Assembly: GCA_963804955.1 (NCBI GenBank)
Contig: CAWDSQ010000024.1
Coordinates: 160,001 to 224,000 of the forward strand
Source: an uncultured delta proteobacterium
Lineage (GTDB): Bacteria; Desulfobacterota; WTBG01; CAIYCZ01; CAIRTM01
DNA length: 64,000 bases
Direction of reading: 5' to 3'
A program made the translations under genes and the position numbers. Below are positions 57,166 through 64,000 of this stretch, piece by piece (within the stretch, counting starts at the first letter, position 1; each line of letters starts with the position of its first letter). Under the pieces are notes generated by a model. It was not told where the DNA came from. It saw only the letters and a list, made by a program, of their open reading frames with translations, and made no database searches.

Positions 57166-57817
57166 ATTGCCCCTCCTCTGATTTGTGATTGCGGAATAGA
57201 TTCTGCCCTGTAGATACAGGCATTTCCTACTTATATAAACATTAAGAATGATAAATAATTATTTTGATTGAGGCAATACTATGCCACACTTACCCATGCC
57301 TCCTGCAAGGGCCTACAAAAAATGTTCGTAATAAAATTAGATACAAAAACCATACCAAAAAAATTAAATCTCTTTAAACAATCTAATATTTAATAAAAAA
57401 TAAGTAAAATCGGATATTTAAAAAAAATAAAAATTACGCTATTGATTTGGCCCATTGAAGTGGTGAAAAATGATTGGCTGATTTCAGCCAACAAAAGGCG
57501 TTTAAACATATTTTATTGGTTGAATCCAGCCAATTTACTGGATGTGATTGTTTGCTGGGATGGCCTCTTTATAGGAGCAGCAGAGCTGTATTCTGGAATA
57601 AACAGGCAGAACTCAGGCGTTAAAGTAAGGACAGCCAGTTAGACTTCTCTTCAAGAACCATATGCAATATCTTGCGCCCTCACTTTGCAGTCAAACTCCA
57701 CACTAGCGGCTCTTACTGTCGAACAAATCAAAATCCGGAAAATTACAGTTTACCAAACGTATCTTTCAAAGGTATGGATAAGCACAAGGAGATTCGGTTT
57801 TGAAAAGATTAAGAATC

Positions 57818-59218
57818 TTACTTGCTATGCGCCATACGGCTGTGGCGGATGCCGTAGAAAAAGTACACAGCTAAGCCGGCTATCATCCATACGGCAAACC
57901 GTATCCAGGTAAGCCTCGGCAAAGACAGCATAAGACCTGCGCAGAGGCTGATCCCCAGAAGCGGAACTACGGGAACAAGCGGGCAGCGGAAGCTGCGTTT
58001 CATTTCAGGATGAGTCTGCCTCAGCACGACAACGCCGCCGCAGACAATGCAGAAAGCAAACAAGGTGCCTATATTGCACAGTTCTGCCGCAGTGCCGATG
58101 TCAAGAAACCCGGCAAACAGCGCAACGACTGCGCCGGTCAGTATCTGGGCAATATAGGGGGTTCGAAAGCGCGGATGAACTTTGGCAATCCAGGGCCAGA
58201 GCAGCCCGTCGCGTGACATGGAGAAAAAAATGCGCGGCTGGCCCATAAGCATGACTAAAAGAACACTGGTGATGCCGGCCAGCGCTCCGACAGAAACAAG
58301 CGCCGCCCCCCAGGTGTAGCCGACGAGGTTCAACGCATGGGCAACAGGAGCAGGATGATTCAGCTCTTTATAGGAAACCATGCCGGTAAGAACACCCGAT
58401 ACAAGAAGATAGAGAACTGTGCATATAACCAGCGATAAAATAATGCCTATGGGCATGTTGCGTTGCGGGTCTTTCGTCTCCTCTGCTGCAGTTGAGATGG
58501 CATCAAAACCGATATAGGCGAAAAAAATGATGGCAGATCCTGTCATCACACCGCTAAACCCGAAAGGTAAAAAAGGGCTCCAATTTGCCGGCTTTACCTC
58601 AAAGATGCCGACTGCCACAAAGACGAGCACGGTGAGCACCTTGATAAAAACCATGGCGCTTGTAAACCGAACGCTTTCTTTGATACCGACTATAAGAATT
58701 GCTGACAAAAAAACTACCACAAGCACAGCCGGCAGATTTATTAACGCATCAGGCGTGGTTCCCGGAGCGCTTGCGCACCATGCAGGCACTTGAATGCCTA
58801 AACCAGCAAGAATATTTACAAAATAGCCTGACCACCCGATTGAAACTGCAATGCAGGCAACGACATATTCAAGGATGAGATCCCAGCCGATAATCCAGGC
58901 TATCATTTCGCCAAGAGTAGCGTAGGCATAGTTGTAAGCACTGCCGGAGGCAGGAATGAGGGAGGCGAACTCCGCATAGCACAATGCCGTAAAAAGACAT
59001 GCGCAGCTCGAAATGACCAGAGAGAGAAGTATGCCCGGACCTGCGTATTTTGCTGCAGCAGTTCCGGTAAGCACAAAAATACCAACCCCGATAATGGCGC
59101 CCACGCCCAGAACGGTCAGGTCGAAAGCATTGAGAGATCTATGGAGCCGATGCTGCTCCATATCTAATTCTTCAAGAATGTGGTGCGGAAATTTTCGGCG
59201 AAAAAGTCTTTTTGGCAT
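57818..59218 (-). CDS. APC-family amino acid permease (cationic amino acid transporter-like)
   Basis: LGVGAIIGVGIFV, CYAEFAS..P.SGSAY.Y, GWDLILEY, FFAYIGFD, EETKDPQR, MSRDGL. Confidence 0.93.
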   Translation of the reverse strand: MPKRLFRRKFPHHILEELDMEQHRLHRSLNAFDLTVLGVGAIIGVGIFVLTGTAAAKYAGPGILLSLVISSCACLFTALCYAEFASLIPASGSAYNYAYATLGEMIAWIIGWDLILEYVVACIAVSIGWSGYFVNILAGLGIQVPAWCASAPGTTPDALINLPAVLVVVFLSAILIVGIKESVRFTSAMVFIKVLTVLVFVAVGIFEVKPANWSPFLPFGFSGVMTGSAIIFFAYIGFDAISTAAEETKDPQRNMPIGIILSLVICTVLYLLVSGVLTGMVSYKELNHPAPVAHALNLVGYTWGAALVSVGALAGITSVLLVMLMGQPRIFFSMSRDGLLWPWIAKVHPRFRTPYIAQILTGAVVALFAGFLDIGTAAELCNIGTLFAFCIVCGGVVVLRQTHPEMKRSFRCPLVPVVPLLGISLCAGLMLSLPRLTWIRFAVWMIAGLAVYFFYGIRHSRMAHSK

Positions 59219-59952
59219 TGCAGTTTTTCCTTAAGATAGATACGCCCGGCATAGTAGATCAGCGGAATGCTGTACTTACACTATGTTATCATATTTTGTA
59301 AAGTTTTTTATAGATTCCATCATAAAACGCCTATATGCTTGCACGAAATCCCTTGACCTGCTCATTGACTCGTAAGTCTATTCAAGGCAAGTGACTCGTC
59401 ACATTTAAAACCAGCAATGGCAGGCCCCTCCCCTTCCTCCCCTCCCGTCACAGGAGGGAATAAAAATGGACCTCTTTACTTGTGGGTTGGCGTGAGGGGG
59501 CCTGCAAAATCAATTGTGCAGACCCACGAGTATTCGTGATGTTGTACAGATCAAGCAGAACACGTTGAATTTTATGTGATGGGAAGCGACAGGCTCATGA
59601 TAGGCTCTGAAGCGGATACACCGTCAAATGCCGGCCGACAGAAACAATCACCCGGACCATACAACTCTCCTAAGATAGGCATTTAATGTCCTCCTGAGCG
59701 AGATGAAGGATCCCTTAATACGATTGTACCCCCTTTAGCAAAGGGGGATTAAATAGGCTTATTTTATCGTATGATAATTAATAGTGCACCCTTGTTTATG
59801 GGGCGCTGTCCTTAATCATTATGCCAGCGGAAGATTTCTGCAGGCCCAACCGTCCTGTCCACACACATCCTCACGGCCTGCATCTGGCTGCCAAACTTTT
59901 ATGACTTGATTTTTTTCTTGGTAAGTGATAAAAAAATTTATTAATTTGTTGC

Positions 59953-60029
59953 GGCGGTGTAGCTCAGCTGGTTAGAGCATGCGGCTCATATCCGCAGTGT
60001 CCGGGGTTCAAGTCCCTGCACCGCCACCA
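59953..60029 (+). tRNA. tRNA-Met(CAT), elongator type, CCA encoded
   Basis: GGCGGTGTAGCTCAGCTGGTTAGAGCATGCGGCTCATATCCGCA...CACCGCCACCA. Confidence 0.92.
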
Positions 60030-60159
60030 CATTTTCTTAAAAGCCGCATGTACAAATCCTTTCTTAGCATTTATGCTTTCGCTGCATTCCCGCGGCATAA
60101 ATGCCAGCACATATCAGAAATATCCGGTAAAGGTAAAAGTTCTGACGACAGATATCCGC

Positions 60160-60788
60160 ATGACTGGTGTCCCGCAAACCATCATTTTCGATCTGGGCAA
60201 GGTAATCGTCGACTTCGATCATATGACCTTCTGCCGCAATGCCTCGCGCTACTGCCCGGCATCGCCGTGCTGAGATCTATAAAAAAATATTCCTTTCCGG
60301 CCTTGTGCTACAGTATGACAGCGGAACACTTCCATCGGATGCATTTTTTAAAGCCGCACAGGCTGCTCTTGATATTCGAACAGACATTGATCTCTTTGCA
60401 CGCCTGTGGTCTGATATTTTTACACTCATAAACGGCATACAGCCTCTTATCGAGCGGCTAACAGCAGCATTCCCAGCTTATATGCCTGTCTAATACCAAC
60501 CCCTGGCATTTCAGCTGGTGCAGAGAGCATTTCAAGGTTCTAGACGCCTTTGATGCTTTCATACTTTCCCATGAAGAGGGCTGCTGCAAACCGGAACCGG
60601 AGATATACAGACGGGCGCTTGCAAAAAGCCAGGCGCCGCCGGACCAGTGCCTCTTTATAGATGATAGTGCCGACAATGTTGCAGCAGCCAGACTGCTCTC
60701 TATGCAGGGCATTGTTTTCTCCTCGGTCGGTGCACTTGAAAAAAAACTGCTGGAACGTGGCTGCCTGCAGCATACTGTTGCAACATAG
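60160..60788 (+). CDS. HAD-superfamily phosphatase (YihX-like); frameshifted
   Basis: IIFDLGKVIVD; in other frames LSNTN, KPEPEIY, LFIDD. Confidence 0.85.
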
Positions 60789-61069
60789 AAACACTGCATT
60801 GTATGCAACAGGAATTATGACGCAGGGACCAGCAACAATTTAAAATCCGCCTGTGCTCCGCTCACAGGCTTGCAGTATGGCCTTTTATTCGTTCAAAGGG
60901 CTCTCACACTGGCGAGCACAGGTGGCCGGTGAACCGAAGCACATGCCGAATGAACATGATAGCGCCGTATGACTGCCTGACCGGCAGCACATACGGTGCC
61001 GGCAAAAAAAGCACGCGGCACACAGTGCGGCAATCTGTGATTTCACACAACCAAAACGGAGGCATACAT

Positions 61070-61987
61070 ATGCAGCAACTGACTATCATAGGCTCTGGCC
61101 CGGCCGGGCTTACAGCAGCAATCTATGCTGCCAGGGCGGGACTTGCTCCACTGGTCATCGAAGGCCTGCAGCCAGGCGGACAGCTGACAACAACAACCGT
61201 TATTGAAAACTGGCCCGGCTCACCTGATGGCATAGATGGCCCGAAACTCATGGCTGATATGCGCAAGCAGGCAGAAAACTTCAATGTGCAGTTTATGAGC
61301 GGTCTTGTTACCGGTGTGGATTTTCAAAAAGCACCGTTTAAAATATCCGTAGACGAGCAGGAGGTTGAAACCAGCTGCACCATCATTGCAACAGGGGCAT
61401 CACCCAGAATGCTCGGCCTTGAAGTTGAGAAAAACCTCATGGGGCGGGGGCTTTCCGTATGCGCTACCTGCGACGGATTTTTCTTCAGAAAAAAAGATGT
61501 CCTCGTGGTAGGCGGCGGCGATACGGCAATGGAGGAGGCTGTTTTTTTAAGCGGCCTTGCCGCCTCTGTTACGGTGGTGCATCGGAGGCATGAGCTCCGT
61601 GCAGCACAAGCCATGCAGGAACGAGCGCGCTCAACGCCGAACATCCGCTTCATATGGGATTCCGTCATTGATGACATCCTTGATATATCCCGCAATACGG
61701 TCACTGGCGCCATGCTTCGAAATGTCAAAACAAACCAGGTTGTATACCATCCATGCGACGGCATTTTTCTAGCCCTGGGGCATGTTCCCAATACATCCTA
61801 TTTGCAAAACCAGATCGAGGTTGATTCGCAGGGGTTCATAGTTGTACGAAAGGGGTCTGCAACAAATATTCCGGGCGTATTTGCCGCTGGTGATGTCGCG
61901 GATCCGGTGTACAAGCAGGCCATAACGGCGGCAGGCATGGGATGTATGTCAGCGCTTGATGCAGAGCGTTTTTTAAAGGGCATCTAA
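61070..61987 (+). CDS. trxB: Thioredoxin-disulfide reductase
   Basis: IIGSGPAG, GGQL, CATCDG, VGGGDTAMEE, HRR, FAAGDV, QAITAAG. Confidence 0.96.
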   Translation: MQQLTIIGSGPAGLTAAIYAARAGLAPLVIEGLQPGGQLTTTTVIENWPGSPDGIDGPKLMADMRKQAENFNVQFMSGLVTGVDFQKAPFKISVDEQEVETSCTIIATGASPRMLGLEVEKNLMGRGLSVCATCDGFFFRKKDVLVVGGGDTAMEEAVFLSGLAASVTVVHRRHELRAAQAMQERARSTPNIRFIWDSVIDDILDISRNTVTGAMLRNVKTNQVVYHPCDGIFLALGHVPNTSYLQNQIEVDSQGFIVVRKGSATNIPGVFAAGDVADPVYKQAITAAGMGCMSALDAERFLKGI

Positions 61988-62057
61988 GCAGACGGGGTGT
62001 GGCAGGAGGGCGAACAGACGGCCTGCTGGACGCAGAGAGAAAGAGCACTGGAAACAA

Positions 62058-63128
62058 TTATGGTCCTATAGTGATATCGAAGGAGCCCCCCGTTTTTTTA
62101 TACACAATAGCATGCCTTTCGATGCTGGCAATCTCCTGCTTTGAAAGAATTCCAGCGTCGGCTATCCCGCGAAGTGTTTCCGGATACGATCCGGTTATAA
62201 GGCGATATATTTCAAGGGCTCTTTCAAGCCTTGTTGCTTCAGCGCTAACAAAAGCCTGCTGGAGCGGTGTGTGTTCCCATCGCAACAGACGAACCACAGG
62301 AAAGGTACTCTCCAAAAAACTGCCCGGCAGAAACAGCATCAGGGCTGCAACAGCGGCCAGCCAGCAGCATGAGGCTATGCCCATGCCGGCCAGGGGAATC
62401 AGATTGCCGGTATCGACCTTCGTTTCAGCCCTTTTAGACAGCAGCCGTATCGCGCCACGCTCGAGCAACTGCACAAGAGTCTTGCAGGCAATAAAACTTC
62501 CCAATACACTGGCGTCAATAATATCCTGAACGCTTCGCTGCCCGTCAACCAGCGAACATACCCGCTCCTCATCGGAATCAAGGTCCGGGAGAGCCGCATA
62601 ATTATTTTCAAAAAGCATATCAAAAGAGCTTATTATAGAACTGATTTCAGGCCATTCGTCAATCCTGCGAAGCACGTCCAGCAGAATGGATTCAAGGCCC
62701 GGCAGTTGCACAAGGCCAGATGTCCGTGTTACCGTTTGAGCAATAAAACGGTACGTTCCCGTATGCCACTGCAGCATTTCATAGATCACCTCATAGATAT
62801 GCGTGAGGATGATACGTTCGAAATTCACCCTGCTAAGAAGGCCCTGTGCAAGCAAAACAGTGCAAATATGTTCAAGCGTGGTTTTGTGCTTTTCAAGGGC
62901 CTGTCGAAACTGTTCAGCTGGCACAAGTGCGCTCTTGACAAGAATAGCGCCCAGGCGTTCCGTGTCTTGTGCTGTCTTAACATCAATGAGATCACCGTTT
63001 AAAAAATAAATCTCAGCCGTCTCCCTGTCGTGCGCGACAAGTAAAACGCCTGTCTTCTGCTGCTGCGCCAGCAGCTGGAATATATCAGCAACACCGAAAT
63101 CTTTTATAGAACCCTGCAGTGCTGTCAT
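62058..63128 (-). CDS. DUF4388 domain membrane protein
   Basis: ALQGSIKDFGVADIFQLLAQQQKTG.L, LLDVLRRIDEW; C-terminal TM and ALE.Y....G.YP..L. Confidence 0.8.
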   Translation of the reverse strand: MTALQGSIKDFGVADIFQLLAQQQKTGVLLVAHDRETAEIYFLNGDLIDVKTAQDTERLGAILVKSALVPAEQFRQALEKHKTTLEHICTVLLAQGLLSRVNFERIILTHIYEVIYEMLQWHTGTYRFIAQTVTRTSGLVQLPGLESILLDVLRRIDEWPEISSIISSFDMLFENNYAALPDLDSDEERVCSLVDGQRSVQDIIDASVLGSFIACKTLVQLLERGAIRLLSKRAETKVDTGNLIPLAGMGIASCCWLAAVAALMLFLPGSFLESTFPVVRLLRWEHTPLQQAFVSAEATRLERALEIYRLITGSYPETLRGIADAGILSKQEIASIERHAIVYKKTGGSFDITIGP

Positions 63129-63137
63129 AATGTCCCG

Positions 63138-64000
63138 CTAGGCAATAATTCTTAAAAGCAGATTTTCTTCTGTTGATCTGTCCTGAATTTGTCGTACATG
63201 ACACGGTCATGAAGAACCAGTACACAAAAAGCAGCGAGCCATATGCAGCACCTGTTCCAATCCGGGATCCCAGCAAAAAAGACCAGGGGCCTTCAAGAAC
63301 AAACGGCATGACCGTCTTGAGTACAAGCATGAAAAAAACAAGCATTCCGGCAATGCCTATAAGGGTCTGCCCGGCATAAAAATGTCCCGCACCGGGAAGG
63401 ATATAGCCTAAGGCTACAACAGTAATTCTTTTTCTGGTGATATAGCTCTTTATACGGTTCCGTTTATCTTCCCTGACACCATATCCCAGCATACTCTGTT
63501 TTCGCAGCAGGCTTTGACAATGTGTACAAACAAGATCGTCAGTGGCAGTGCGCTGACAACGCCGGCATATAACCATACCGCACAGTTTGCAGCGCACGGA
63601 GATACGTATCTTGTCTTTGCCCGGAATATACACGGCCAGGAGGGCAAGTGCCAGCAGGATAAAAAGATCATATGGAAAATACAATGCCGCCAAAAGCATA
63701 GCCCCAGGCATCGCGTGTATACGCAGGGGTAGCAATGAAAAGATTGAATCCGCGCACCCAGAGTTGCGAAATATCAACGGGTTCATCAATTATTACACGA
63801 TTAAAATTATCGGAAATATCTTTCAAATACGAACCGACACGCGGAAGATCAAGATTCTTGGCCTTATTAAGAGCCTGCTCTGATTCGTTAAACATAAATT
63901 TCGACTGATAAATCCGGGACAGGTTAAAGTGCGCTGCTGCAGTTTTAGCAGGAGCCATGACTGCCGCCTGATTGTAGCAGCTAATTGCTGCATCCCAGTT
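63138..64000 (-). CDS. TPR-containing membrane protein, partial (runs off the window) and frameshifted
   Basis: TPR-like AAAHFNLSRIY; C..CG...C.RC...C..C cluster; LPGAGHFYAG TM region. Confidence 0.6.

Noticed and set aside
59220..59950. Amino-acid riboswitch upstream of the permease
   Set aside because: No recognisable lysine, glycine, SAM or T-box consensus

Overview
Chromosomal window from a bacterium that looks like an anaerobic Deltaproteobacterium/Desulfobacterota (inferred from gene content and order such as zapB-zapA-rny, ntrY-ntrX, DUF4388 and DUF1844 proteins; the 16S was not classified). Many essential genes (tyrS, rny, dnaB, dnaK, ispE, pth) carry single-base frameshifts, often in homopolymer runs, so this is probably an unpolished long-read assembly; split ORFs are joined below and not called pseudogenes. 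1-10.3 kb is an accessory region: a 63-bp-repeat GGDEF cyclase, an IS110-family element inserted into a GTAG-REP doublet with a readable candidate bridge RNA, an orphan BchF-like gene, a secreted carboxylesterase, three PNPOx-like flavoproteins and a GH130 enzyme. Then come a full rRNA operon on the minus strand (16S, tRNA-Ile, tRNA-Ala, 23S, 5S), tyrS, rny, zapA/B, an HDAC-family gene, tatA/C, and a minus-strand run of ntrY, an NtrX-LpxC fusion, a histidine phosphatase, a U32 pair and a dnaJ paralog. These are followed by rpmH-rnpA-yidD-yidC-jag-mnmE, an unusual PorD/PorB*/NuoE/NuoF redox operon, a sigma70 paralog with a sigma54-type promoter, ribosomal protein, dnaB, dnaK, ispE, prs, rplY and pth genes, two more tRNAs and trxB. 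Best leads: (1) a response regulator fused to LpxC next to its kinase, (2) the IS110 bridge RNA whose guides match its REP target and circle junction, (3) a BchF homolog without photosynthesis genes, (4) a ThDP-less PorB coupled to NuoEF.
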